From a virus (taxonomy: Duplodnaviria > Caudoviricetes), in IMG/VR virus record IMGVR_UViG_3300018024_000018, positions 1-32,700 of that record: a DNA stretch of 32,700 bases, one strand, 5' to 3'. The notes under the pieces were generated by a model. It did no database searches and had not been told where the DNA came from. It saw nothing but the letters and a program-made list of their open reading frames with translations. Positions 6,010 to 14,921 of the stretch are shown here, one piece after another; position 1 is the stretch's first letter; the number at the start of each line of letters is the position of its first letter. The position numbers were made by a program, and so were the translations under genes.

Positions 6010-7047
6010 ATGCCCGCCATTTCTTTGGATCAGTATGAGAAGGTGTTGGAGTATGTCGTTCTCGGACTGCACGAACCTATCATGGTTGTTGGGCAGGCCG
6101 GCGTAGGAAAGACTCAGAAAACAGAGCAATTCTGCGAACGGGTCGATGCTTATCTCTGCACTTGTATCTTAGGTCAATATGACACTGTGGACATGAGGGG
6201 CACGCCATGGGATGCGGACATTGGCGGCGGCTATCATGCGACTGTGTGGCGACCGGCGTCGACTCTTCCGTTTAAGGGCAATCCGAACTTTCCGAAGGAT
6301 AAGCCGATCATCCTGTTTTTTGATGAGCGGACCAGCGCGACCGTTCCCGTTCTGGGAGTATGCTATCAGATTGTCGATAAACGCCGCGTTGGCGAGCATG
6401 AGTTGATGGACAATGTTTACATTGTTTCGGCCGGCAATCGTGAGATGGACAAAGGTATTGTCACCAGGCAACCATTGCCTTTGTGTAACAGGGAAACTTG
6501 GTATGAGGTTGGCTCGAACGTCGATCAGTGGTGTATTTGGGCGACGCAGAAATATGGCGCGAAGGCGGCGATCTTTGTCGCGTTTCTGCAATTCCGCAAG
6601 CCGCTGATCTGCACCTATGATCCGGCCAAGTCGGAGAAGAATTTCGCTTCTCCTAGGACCATCGAGAAAGCTCTGAAATACTATCTTAGTGACATGCCGC
6701 AGGACATCAAGCAGGCGTCCATAGCGGGCGCGGTGGGTGGCGGCTGGGCTGCCGAGTTCTGGGGCTTTGTTGACTCCTGGGCGGAGATTGCCAAGATGAT
6801 GCCGGCAATTGCCGCCAATCCGTTGACGGCGGAGATTCCTGCGGAGCTTTCCCTGCAATACGCGGTGGCTATTGCTATCAGTGGAACATTGACTGAAAAA
6901 AACGCCAGAGTCTTTCATCCGTATCTTGTCAGGATGTTGCCGGAATTTGCGGTGCTAGCCTGGCATATGGCCGTGAAAAGAGACGAGGCGCTATTCGAAA
7001 CTGATGAGTTTCTTGATTTTAGTCATCGGTATAAGGTAGTGTTCTAA
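6010..7047 (+). CDS. AAA+ ATPase (MoxR/dynein-related type)
   Basis: Walker A GQAGVGKT, Walker B ILFFDE, sensor I SAGN, sensor II SPR. Confidence 0.92.
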   Translation: MPAISLDQYEKVLEYVVLGLHEPIMVVGQAGVGKTQKTEQFCERVDAYLCTCILGQYDTVDMRGTPWDADIGGGYHATVWRPASTLPFKGNPNFPKDKPIILFFDERTSATVPVLGVCYQIVDKRRVGEHELMDNVYIVSAGNREMDKGIVTRQPLPLCNRETWYEVGSNVDQWCIWATQKYGAKAAIFVAFLQFRKPLICTYDPAKSEKNFASPRTIEKALKYYLSDMPQDIKQASIAGAVGGGWAAEFWGFVDSWAEIAKMMPAIAANPLTAEIPAELSLQYAVAIAISGTLTEKNARVFHPYLVRMLPEFAVLAWHMAVKRDEALFETDEFLDFSHRYKVVF

Positions 7048-8198
7048 TGGCTAGAGATGCAAAGACTATGCTCTCGAATGCGAGGGCGCGGCTTCTCATG
7101 AGGCATGTCTTTTTTGCTGCACTTCTTCTTTCGACGAAGATGGAAGAAGATGAATCGATCCCGACTGCGGCGACCGATATGATAAGAATTCTCTATAATC
7201 CTAAGTTTATCGAGGGGCTGAGTAATGATTTAGTGATATTTGTTATTGTGCATGAAGCCTGCCATATCATGCTTAAGCATGGTTTGCGCTTGCAGGGACG
7301 CAATCGCAAGCTAGCGAATATTGCAATGGACTTCGCCATCAACATCATGCTCCGAGACGCAAGAGATGACAAAGGACAAAGATATTTTACTATTTGGCAG
7401 TTTGCCTATCTTGATAGATACCGAGGTAAGTATGTCGATTTTGATGGCATGTCCTGGGAACAAATTTATCCAATTCTTGAAGAAATGGATAAGAAAGCTG
7501 GTGGTGAGGGTAGTCCGAATGGCGAGCAAGGCGGTATGAGCGATGACGTGATTAAGCCGGAAAATATTGCCCCAGAGGCAGTCGCCGAGATTGAGCGTCA
7601 GATACAGCAGCGAGTGGCCCAGGCTGCCTCTCTGGCGCGTGGGCAAGGGAAGCTCCCTAGAGATATCGAGAGATTGGTAGATGGCGTTCTTAACCCACCC
7701 TTGCCCTGGCAGCAGGTGCTCCAGGAGTACGCTACCCAAGTCACGCACAATAGCGAGAGTTGGGCGCGGCGCGATCGCCGGCATCAGGCGATCTATCTTC
7801 CGAGCCGGCATGACGAGGCTATGGGCGAGCTGGTTCTGATCGGCGACACATCGGAGTCAATGCAAGAAATATTCGCTCAAGTCGCGGTGGAGATCGGGGC
7901 AATCGCTGAGTTCGTCAGACCGGAGCGTATCAGGGTCATTTGGGCTGATGACACGGATTGCTCGTTCGAGCAGGTGTTCGAGCCTGGCGATGAGATCGCC
8001 ATCAAGCCGCGCGGCGGCGGGGGAACCGACATGAGGAAACCGTTGAAATACGTGGAGCAGTTCGATCCAATCGTCGTTGTCTTGGTTACAGATTGTCATA
8101 GTCCCTGGCCGACTGAGGAACCACCGTACCCTCTGATTGTGGTGTCAACGACAAATGCGACATGTCCGTGGGGACGAACTATCCACATGAATCTTTAG
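7047..8198 (+). CDS. DUF2201-type putative metallopeptidase with a C-terminal VWA domain
   Basis: PTAATD, HEACH (HEXXH), N-A-D-AIN, MIDAS DTSES, GGGGTD, VTD; TAATG coupling to the ATPase. Confidence 0.92.
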   Translation: MARDAKTMLSNARARLLMRHVFFAALLLSTKMEEDESIPTAATDMIRILYNPKFIEGLSNDLVIFVIVHEACHIMLKHGLRLQGRNRKLANIAMDFAINIMLRDARDDKGQRYFTIWQFAYLDRYRGKYVDFDGMSWEQIYPILEEMDKKAGGEGSPNGEQGGMSDDVIKPENIAPEAVAEIERQIQQRVAQAASLARGQGKLPRDIERLVDGVLNPPLPWQQVLQEYATQVTHNSESWARRDRRHQAIYLPSRHDEAMGELVLIGDTSESMQEIFAQVAVEIGAIAEFVRPERIRVIWADDTDCSFEQVFEPGDEIAIKPRGGGGTDMRKPLKYVEQFDPIVVVLVTDCHSPWPTEEPPYPLIVVSTTNATCPWGRTIHMNL

Positions 8199-8214
8199 AT
8201 CGTGGGGTAATCCG

Positions 8215-8643
8215 ATGTTCAGACCTGGAGATCAAGAAGGCAGCAAGAATATAAACTGGCGTCACGGTGGATGTGGCACTCGCGCGTATAATTCATGGAG
8301 ATCAATGCGTGAGCGATGCAATAACCGAAGGCATCCTCGCTGGCACCGCTACGGGGGTCGTGGTATTGGATGTTGTATTCGTTGGGATAGCTTTGAAAAC
8401 TTTCTTAAAGACATGGGGGAATGTCCTCCAGGTCTAACACTTGAGCGAGTGAAGAATGATGTCGGTTACGAACCAGGTAATTGCGTATGGGCTTCTATGA
8501 AGCAACAAGCGCGTAATCAAAGTACCAACAGATTGATCGAGTATGATGGACGTACTCAATGTCTGGCTGCATGGGCGGAAGAATTTGGGACAACATCAGA
8601 TGTATTGTGGAAACGTCTGAACCGGCATGGGAGATTGACGTGA
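8215..8643 (+). CDS. free-standing HNH-type homing endonuclease
   Basis: W-SM--RC, YGGRGI, W-SFENFL-DMG, TLER--ND-GYEPGNC-WA, Q--N and a C-terminal DNA-binding tail. Confidence 0.9.
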   Translation: MFRPGDQEGSKNINWRHGGCGTRAYNSWRSMRERCNNRRHPRWHRYGGRGIGCCIRWDSFENFLKDMGECPPGLTLERVKNDVGYEPGNCVWASMKQQARNQSTNRLIEYDGRTQCLAAWAEEFGTTSDVLWKRLNRHGRLT

Positions 8644-8711
8644 GTATCGTATGCACGACGACGAACGCACCGTCACCAGAGTGGGCTCGCCGAGTGGAAA
8701 TTAACCAATGA
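8640..8711 (+). pseudogene. displaced alternative 3' end of the VWA gene (VSIVCTTTNAPSPEWARRVEINQ)
   Basis: Aligns by eye with IVVSTTNATCPWGRTIHMNL at the end of 7047..8198; keeps an ATGA overlap with 8708. Confidence 0.65.
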
Positions 8712-9007
8712 CCGAGAAAAACCTCTTGACAAAAAAGCAGCGTTTCCGCCTTATTGCCGTCATTGACCGAAAAGGAAATGTTCACGAAATTGAGCAAGAA
8801 GGCACGTCATCACTTCAGGATATTTTCCGATCGAACAAAAATGATATGTGTTTCGCGGTGGTGGAACTGGACGGACTTTTTATCGCGATGGACCTCTGGG
8901 CTGGATGGGCACGTGAAGATGAATATAGAAGGGACAAGTGGAAAATTTTCAAGACTGCGGATGCAGCAATTGTTGCGGCGGTTTTGATGTCGAGTGGAAA
9001 TGACTAG
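8708..9007 (+). CDS. hypothetical protein (99 aa)
   Basis: ORF in operon orientation, coupled start. Confidence 0.75.
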   Translation: MTEKNLLTKKQRFRLIAVIDRKGNVHEIEQEGTSSLQDIFRSNKNDMCFAVVELDGLFIAMDLWAGWAREDEYRRDKWKIFKTADAAIVAAVLMSSGND

Positions 9008-9034
9008 ATGGTCTAGTCAAGGTAGGAGAGTGAA

Positions 9035-9904
9035 ATGAGTGAAGCACTTAAAGTACATCCCAAGGAGTGGGATAAATATGCGCAGACAGAAGATGTTTAC
9101 AAAATTTTGGTGACTCCAGAATTGGCGAGTTGGATATTGGAGTTCCGGAATTACCATAACGTGACTTTAGAAAATTATCTTGCTAAAAAATATGCAGCGG
9201 CTATGGTAGAAGGAGAATGGTATCCAACTAAGACTCCTATTCAAGTGCGTTCCGATGGTCATCTTATTGACGGTCAGACTCGTCTCAAAGCGGTGGAAAT
9301 ATCTGATATGCCGCGCGTATTTTATTTCATGTTCGGTGTGCCAAATGAAGCGTTTCTCGGTTTGGATATCGGTAGAAAACGTTTCGTCAAGCATGCTTTT
9401 CAAATCAAAGGCATTCCTCATGCCAAGGATATGGCTCGAATTGTGCGTACAATTGATTTAATACGCAAACGAACCGAAAGTGCCCGCCATGAATCTATGT
9501 TGATGAAAGAAGCGCTGGAATTCTATGCGACATTAAGCCCCCAGCTTCTAGAACAGTCGCTTAGGGATATTCTGAGCATTATGCCTAATAAGTACTGTAT
9601 AGACAAATGCACTTTGGCTGGCTTGTATTATTGCTTTGCAGAGAAAAGTCCACTTCAAGCCAGAGTATTCTTTGAGGTGTGGGCGACAGGTTCGTCACCA
9701 CGCGCCGGTGCTCCGTTCTTGTTGTTTCAAAGGCTTGGCGCAGCTGTCCAAGGCAATGGTCACTCCCCTTCGCATCAGCGACTTGTTATTGTTGTTAGTG
9801 CGTGGAATCAGTTTGTGCTTGGGCGAAAGTTCGGACTGACTGATTTGACTGCCGCGCTTGGTCGGGCGGAAATTCCGATCGTGAAGGGACCGTACGATAT
9901 CTAA
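9035..9904 (+). CDS. ParB/Srx-like N-terminal domain protein
   Basis: YA-AM--GEW, PI, LIDGQTRL-A motif; AGGAGAG SD; visibly AT-richer than flanks. Confidence 0.8.
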   Translation: MSEALKVHPKEWDKYAQTEDVYKILVTPELASWILEFRNYHNVTLENYLAKKYAAAMVEGEWYPTKTPIQVRSDGHLIDGQTRLKAVEISDMPRVFYFMFGVPNEAFLGLDIGRKRFVKHAFQIKGIPHAKDMARIVRTIDLIRKRTESARHESMLMKEALEFYATLSPQLLEQSLRDILSIMPNKYCIDKCTLAGLYYCFAEKSPLQARVFFEVWATGSSPRAGAPFLLFQRLGAAVQGNGHSPSHQRLVIVVSAWNQFVLGRKFGLTDLTAALGRAEIPIVKGPYDI

Positions 9905-9917
9905 AAAGGAAAAAACA

Positions 9918-10751
9918 ATGAACATACAAAAAGAGTGCATGATCCTCAGCCTTCAGGTGGGGACATGGTTAGGATACCGTCTCGACAAGGAGGTGACGCG
10001 CAAGGTCACGACTGACGCCAGTGCTTCACCTGATGCGGTGCGGGTGAACAAGCATCTTGTGGCTAAGGAGCAGGTGTCGGATTTTATCTGCGCCGACAAA
10101 GCCATCCGTTCGCACTTCTATGCGAACACGTTGCCCTGGAAAGATAACGGCGACCGCCTCTTGACACGGAGGCGCTACATGAGTTTTATGCCTGAGCATC
10201 GAAAGCTCGTCGAGGATTTCGAGTCCGCCGTCGAGCAATTCCTTACTGTGAAATACGCAATCGCGATGGATCAGGCGGCATTCAGAATGGGCGAGCTATT
10301 TAAGGCCGACGACTACCCCAGCGTAACAGAGCTACGTCGGAAATTCTACGTCAATCTCGACATCGACGGCGTTTCGACGGCCTACGACTACAGGCTCGAA
10401 ACGAACGACGCGGCTATCCAAGCTCGCGTGACCAAGGCTATGACCGGCCTATGGGAGAAGTTGCAGGAGCCGCTGAAGCACTTCACCGACAAGATGGCGA
10501 GCGATGAGATATTTAGAGATTCGACAATAGGAAATTTACGCCAGATTGTTCGGACGATTCCCGAGCTGAATTTCCTGGATGACCCGAACTTAGAGCAGGT
10601 GCGCCTGGATATCGAGGCCAAGCTTCTTGGCTTTGACGCTGCTGACTTACGTAAGGACAAGGACGCTCGCGCCGCAGTGGCCGGCGAGGCGGCGGATATT
10701 ATGCGAACAATGCAAGGATTCATGAAGGCGCTAGGAGGTAATAGTGAGTGA
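9918..10751 (+). CDS. conserved phage protein, DUF3150-like
   Basis: W---RLDK, VNK-L, TLPW-D-G-RLL, G-LF---DYP----L--KF motifs of a family I recall next to AAA/VWA genes. Confidence 0.7.
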   Translation: MNIQKECMILSLQVGTWLGYRLDKEVTRKVTTDASASPDAVRVNKHLVAKEQVSDFICADKAIRSHFYANTLPWKDNGDRLLTRRRYMSFMPEHRKLVEDFESAVEQFLTVKYAIAMDQAAFRMGELFKADDYPSVTELRRKFYVNLDIDGVSTAYDYRLETNDAAIQARVTKAMTGLWEKLQEPLKHFTDKMASDEIFRDSTIGNLRQIVRTIPELNFLDDPNLEQVRLDIEAKLLGFDAADLRKDKDARAAVAGEAADIMRTMQGFMKALGGNSE

Positions 10752-11043
10752 AGCTCAGATTGAGAGCACTCTTCGCGAGCTAAGAGATCGCATGAGGCGT
10801 GTTGAGACCCGGATGACTGCATATTTAGTGCAGCAGGGCTTCGATACTCAGGTTCATAGGCCTGAGTGGAAAAATGGTGTGGTCGAGATCGGCAGTCTGT
10901 TCACGCCAATCAAGGATATTCTTGCCATAATTCCCAGCACATGTTCAGATGAGGTTGAGATAATTCACAAGGAAAAAGTGATTGGCTATTTATCGGTGGA
11001 AACAGTAAATGAAGGAAGCCAAGACAATGGCAAGCGCGCGTGA
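10744..11043 (+). CDS. hypothetical protein (99 aa)
   Basis: GGAGG SD, GTG start, overlaps both neighbours. Confidence 0.75.
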   Translation: MSEAQIESTLRELRDRMRRVETRMTAYLVQQGFDTQVHRPEWKNGVVEIGSLFTPIKDILAIIPSTCSDEVEIIHKEKVIGYLSVETVNEGSQDNGKRA

Positions 11044-11836
11044 TCTCGCTCAGAAGCGAGGGCAGACGATCAATTACTATCATCCGACGGACCTGGTAGA
11101 GCGGGCTGATCTCAATGCCCGCGATCTTTCAACGCCGGACAATGTGGCGCATATCCGCTGGCTGGCGGATGAGATCAGAGAGAGAGGTTTTTTGCAGACT
11201 CGGCCGCTCAGCGTTATTATGTGGGAGGGCCAGCTTGTCCTTACGGAAGGACATTGTCGGCTTGCTGCGGTCAGGCTGCTGGACAAAGAGGGTTATCATA
11301 TCGACCTTCTGCCGGCATTGACCGAGCCTCAAGGGACCAGCATGCTCGACCTATGGGGGCGACAGGCGTCTGGTAACGGTAGCAGCAAACCGTTAAACGA
11401 CGCTGAGATGATCGCCAATCTGAAGCGCATCATGGCGTCGGGTGTTGTCAAGGCTTCCGAAGCGGCGAAGCTGATCGGTAAGTCGGCGGGCTACGTGTCT
11501 CAACTCTTGGCGCTCCAGCAAGCGCCGGTTGAGGCTCAGCAGATGGTCAAGGACGGCAAGGCGACAGCCGAGACGGTGGTCAAGGCCATCAAGAAGAGTG
11601 GTCCGAAGACCGGACTCGAAGCGCTCAAGAATGCAGAGAAGGCGGCCAATGCTGCCGGCCGTAAGCGGGTGAGCACACGTGACATGGAGTCGCGCACCTT
11701 GAAGTTGACCAAGGAACACATTGAGGTCATCATCACCATCTTGCGGAAAGCGGCAACGGCGGTGTTGACGCGGGCTGAGATGGAAGAGGCGCGCGTTCAG
11801 GCGGTGCGGCTGGAAGAGCTGATGGGAGATGCGTAA
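11027..11836 (+). CDS. ParB-like protein (ParB/Srx domain plus HTH)
   Basis: N-R, LA--I---G----PL-V, LTEGHCRL-A, HTH EAAKLIGKSAGYVSQLL-L; start re-called at 11027 behind AAGGA. Confidence 0.85.
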   Translation: MASARDLAQKRGQTINYYHPTDLVERADLNARDLSTPDNVAHIRWLADEIRERGFLQTRPLSVIMWEGQLVLTEGHCRLAAVRLLDKEGYHIDLLPALTEPQGTSMLDLWGRQASGNGSSKPLNDAEMIANLKRIMASGVVKASEAAKLIGKSAGYVSQLLALQQAPVEAQQMVKDGKATAETVVKAIKKSGPKTGLEALKNAEKAANAAGRKRVSTRDMESRTLKLTKEHIEVIITILRKAATAVLTRAEMEEARVQAVRLEELMGDA

Positions 11837-11867
11837 TGGAAAAGGAAAGGAATGACAGGAGGATGAA

Positions 11868-12167
11868 ATGAACTAACAAGAGTCTCTGTATCCGACCATT
11901 GATGAACAGATCGAGATGGCGGTGCGAAGAGCGACTGGTCTGGACACTTCGGCGTGTGATCATATCGTCGCAGCTTTGAAGAAGAAAGATGGTTCTTATC
12001 TTGAATTCCAACTCAGGTGGCGCATCGCCACGATAGCTGCAACTGAGGGGTACCTTATCGGAGCGGATTCGGTAGAGGAGCATGGCGATTTCATATCTGG
12101 TGTGCTTTGCACTATTCTCGGTCTGGCGTTTCTGGCGCTTCTTTGGTTCGTGGTGTCTGCATTATGA
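11868..12167 (+). pseudogene. membrane-anchored hypothetical protein with an in-frame TAA at codon 3 (or restart at 11916)
   Basis: AGGAGG-N5-ATG AAC TAA CAA... is in frame with ORF 11916..12167, which has a C-terminal TM helix. Confidence 0.55.
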
Positions 12168-12186
12168 CGCCGGATGGGAGATTTGA

Positions 12187-12447
12187 ATGCACGGCAAGAG
12201 ACCGACCATCCAAGTGACTGATGCGGAGTTGTTAGCACTGCGCAGGAAATATCCTGGTTCGCCAGGACGTCCTCCGCCTGGATGCGCTGGAGGTCTGCAT
12301 ACTATCGCTTTGATCCTGGGTTGTTCGCATTCCACGGTTGCCAAGCGGTTGAAAAAGATTGAGGAGCAAGACGGACCGGTTGACGATGAGTGGAAACCAG
12401 CGACGGTCACTCTGCCAAAATTAAAGTGGATGGAGGGAAAGACATGA
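12187..12447 (+). CDS. small HTH DNA-binding protein
   Basis: GLHTIALILGCSHSTVAKRLKKI HTH pattern; GGGAG SD. Confidence 0.7.
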   Translation: MHGKRPTIQVTDAELLALRRKYPGSPGRPPPGCAGGLHTIALILGCSHSTVAKRLKKIEEQDGPVDDEWKPATVTLPKLKWMEGKT

Positions 12448-12641
12448 AAAGATTGTTAGAGTGTAGTTTGAACGGTTATCAATGGTCCGTGTCATGGTTT
12501 GATGGACGACGACTAGAAGTTGAGTGGTTCAAATCTAAGGGCGGTGCTGTTAAATATATTCATCGTATGGGAATAAAATATCCAGATCATAGGTTTATTC
12601 TTGCTAAACTTGTAGGTAATTATTACACGGTAGCACCATGA
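12444..12641 (+). CDS. hypothetical protein (65 aa)
   Basis: GGAGG SD; ATGA overlaps at both ends. Confidence 0.65.
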   Translation: MKRLLECSLNGYQWSVSWFDGRRLEVEWFKSKGGAVKYIHRMGIKYPDHRFILAKLVGNYYTVAP

Positions 12642-14581
12642 TCGACTGGGACCCTAGACGTTATCTTGGTTTCGATTTCGAGACCAGCGGGGTGCTGCCC
12701 GAATATGCGCTCCAGCCATGGCGTGTCGCGCAAAAGTTGCGATTGGACCGCGCCGCGTTCCCTGCTAGAACGAAGGCCTGGGCGACCAGTCTGGTGTGGA
12801 TGCGCGGAGATTATCTTGATCAGCCGAAGGGGGGGTTAAACCCTAATATTAATATGATGGCTGACATGTTGGACGTCGCCATCAAAGAGAAAAGAAGGAT
12901 TGTTGGTTGGAACGTCCAGTTTGATATTCAGTGGCTCCTTGCCTACGGACTTGAGGACCTGGTGTTTCAATGCAAGTGGCTGGACGGTATGCTCCTCTGG
13001 CGGCATGCGACGATCGAGCCGGAATATCAGGTCGACCGACCGGAGAAAAAGTACTATGGTCTGAAGGACTATGTGAAAGAGTTACACTCAGGAAAAGCCG
13101 GATATGAAGAAGGCATTGATTTTCATAACCCTGATCCGACGGTGCGCGCCAGGCTGCACGTTTATAATATCAAGGATGTAGAGTTCACTCTTGACGGCGC
13201 TGAGCATTGGTGGAGATGCCTGACTAATCACCAACAGTCAGCAGCTTTGATTGAGGCGGAGTGCCTGCCCGTGGTCGCCTTGGCGAACCTGAAGGGTCTT
13301 GTGGTCGACACCATCGCCGCGCATGATCTTCAACAATCGTTAAGCGACACTGCAAAGCTTTGTCTGACAAAGCTGAGCTCATTTGGCGTAGATGAGAAAG
13401 TGGTGCGTTCTCCCAAGAAATTATCGGCAGTCCTGTTTGATAATTGGAAGCTGCCATCGTTAAAACAGACAGGCACAAATCAAAGATCGACCGACAAGGA
13501 GGTGCTGCACGAACTGGCGTTAGGTGGCGACGGTCGTCCACCTGACCCAAGGGTTAAATGCATTAAGGAATATCGAGAGGCATTAGGTAACCGCGCCAAG
13601 TTTGCTGATGCTGTTCTGGAATCAGCAACCTACAATGAGGACGGCTGCACACATCCACAAGCATACGTGTTTGGCACTTATACCGGGCGCATGACCTACA
13701 GTTCTAAACAGGGCACTGGCAAAGACGAACGTCAGATCGGCTTCGCTATTCACCAAGAGAAAAGCATCAAGAAAAAGGGTGATGAAATGTTCCGGCTGAC
13801 CATCGGTACGCCGCCGGGCTTTACGCTGATGGAGTTCGATGCTGCCGGCCAGGAGTATCGTTGGATGGCTATCGCTTCGGGTGATGAAACCATGCTTCAC
13901 CTCTGTCAGCCTGGAGAAGACCCACACTCCTTCATGGCGGCCAGTATTTACAAGCTGGACTATCACGACATAATTAAAGGATACAAAGCGGGAGAGGTAG
14001 AGAAAAAAAGAATTCGTGACATGGGGAAGTTTGGAAATTTAAGTTGTCAATATAGAATTTCTGCAAGACGGTTGCTTGTGAGAGGAAGAGTAGAATACAA
14101 CATACCGATGGAGATGAAAGAAGCGCAGTTAATCCATGATACATATCCCAAGACGTACAAAAGAGTCCCGAGATATTGGGACTTTCAAATCGCCAAGACC
14201 AAGTCAACAGGCTACGTCGAGACATTTGCTGGTCGACGAGTCAACGTAGTTGGCGATTGGACAGGTACTTTCGGTTGGTCTATGGCCTCAACGTCAATAA
14301 ACTATAGGATACAAGGAACAGGAGCGGATCAAAAGTACCTCGCGCTTGCGGTGGTCAAACCATACATCAGGAAGATTGGGGCGCGGTTCGCATTTGACAT
14401 GCATGACGGTCTCTACTTTTATGTGCCCAATGTAAAGGTTCGGGAAGCTGGAGTGAAAATCAAGGACATGCTGGATCACCTGCCCTACAAACTTGCCTGG
14501 AGTTTCGAGCCGCCAATTCCGCTACCTTGGGACGTTAAGGCGGGAGGTTCCTGGGGTGATTTTCATGAGGTGAAGATATGA
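12638..14581 (+). CDS. polA: family A DNA polymerase (3'-5' exonuclease plus polymerase, no 5'-3' exonuclease)
   Basis: ExoI FDFET, ExoII WNVQFD, ExoIII YNIKD, STDKEVL, TGR, motif A FDAAGQEYR, motif B R---K---L---Y, NY-IQGTGAD, motif C HD. Confidence 0.95.
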   Translation: MIDWDPRRYLGFDFETSGVLPEYALQPWRVAQKLRLDRAAFPARTKAWATSLVWMRGDYLDQPKGGLNPNINMMADMLDVAIKEKRRIVGWNVQFDIQWLLAYGLEDLVFQCKWLDGMLLWRHATIEPEYQVDRPEKKYYGLKDYVKELHSGKAGYEEGIDFHNPDPTVRARLHVYNIKDVEFTLDGAEHWWRCLTNHQQSAALIEAECLPVVALANLKGLVVDTIAAHDLQQSLSDTAKLCLTKLSSFGVDEKVVRSPKKLSAVLFDNWKLPSLKQTGTNQRSTDKEVLHELALGGDGRPPDPRVKCIKEYREALGNRAKFADAVLESATYNEDGCTHPQAYVFGTYTGRMTYSSKQGTGKDERQIGFAIHQEKSIKKKGDEMFRLTIGTPPGFTLMEFDAAGQEYRWMAIASGDETMLHLCQPGEDPHSFMAASIYKLDYHDIIKGYKAGEVEKKRIRDMGKFGNLSCQYRISARRLLVRGRVEYNIPMEMKEAQLIHDTYPKTYKRVPRYWDFQIAKTKSTGYVETFAGRRVNVVGDWTGTFGWSMASTSINYRIQGTGADQKYLALAVVKPYIRKIGARFAFDMHDGLYFYVPNVKVREAGVKIKDMLDHLPYKLAWSFEPPIPLPWDVKAGGSWGDFHEVKI

Positions 14582-14724
14582 TTAAACAAATAAGAGTACA
14601 GTACACCAGTCAGTGGCCTGATCGTTCACTGATGTTCCCTGGGATATGGATTGAGACTTATGTTCTTTTGTGTCCTGGAGTTTGGTGGCTGATCGATTCT
14701 AGACCAGAGGAGATAGTCGGATGA
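14578..14724 (+). CDS. hypothetical protein (48 aa, MIKQIRVQYTSQW...)
   Basis: Hand-translated; ATGA overlaps at both ends fill the gap exactly. Confidence 0.6.
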   Translation: MIKQIRVQYTSQWPDRSLMFPGIWIETYVLLCPGVWWLIDSRPEEIVG

Positions 14725-14921
14725 CAAAAATCGCATACTTCGAAAGCACAAAAACTCAATCTGGTGAGATGCCCAGACGTTACCAAGTTGTAGCGATCGA
14801 TAAAGAGAAGGGAGAGATTACCTTGAAGGGTGAGCACGGCTCGTTCAAGGAACCTTACTCTCGTGAACGATTCGAGAAGCTGGGTTACACGCTGGTCGTG
14901 GAGGAGAAAGTTGATGAGTGA
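14721..14921 (+). CDS. hypothetical protein (66 aa)
   Basis: GAGGAG SD, coupled start. Confidence 0.75.
   Translation: MTKIAYFESTKTQSGEMPRRYQVVAIDKEKGEITLKGEHGSFKEPYSRERFEKLGYTLVVEEKVDE

Noticed and set aside
6169-7811. Long minus-strand ORFs (249 aa and 166 aa)
   Set aside because: Antisense to the motif-bearing AAA and VWA genes, with no SD or recognisable motifs.
12638-14581. DpoZ / 2-aminoadenine genome system
   Set aside because: No purZ, datZ or mazZ-like gene in the window; polymerase divergence alone is not enough.
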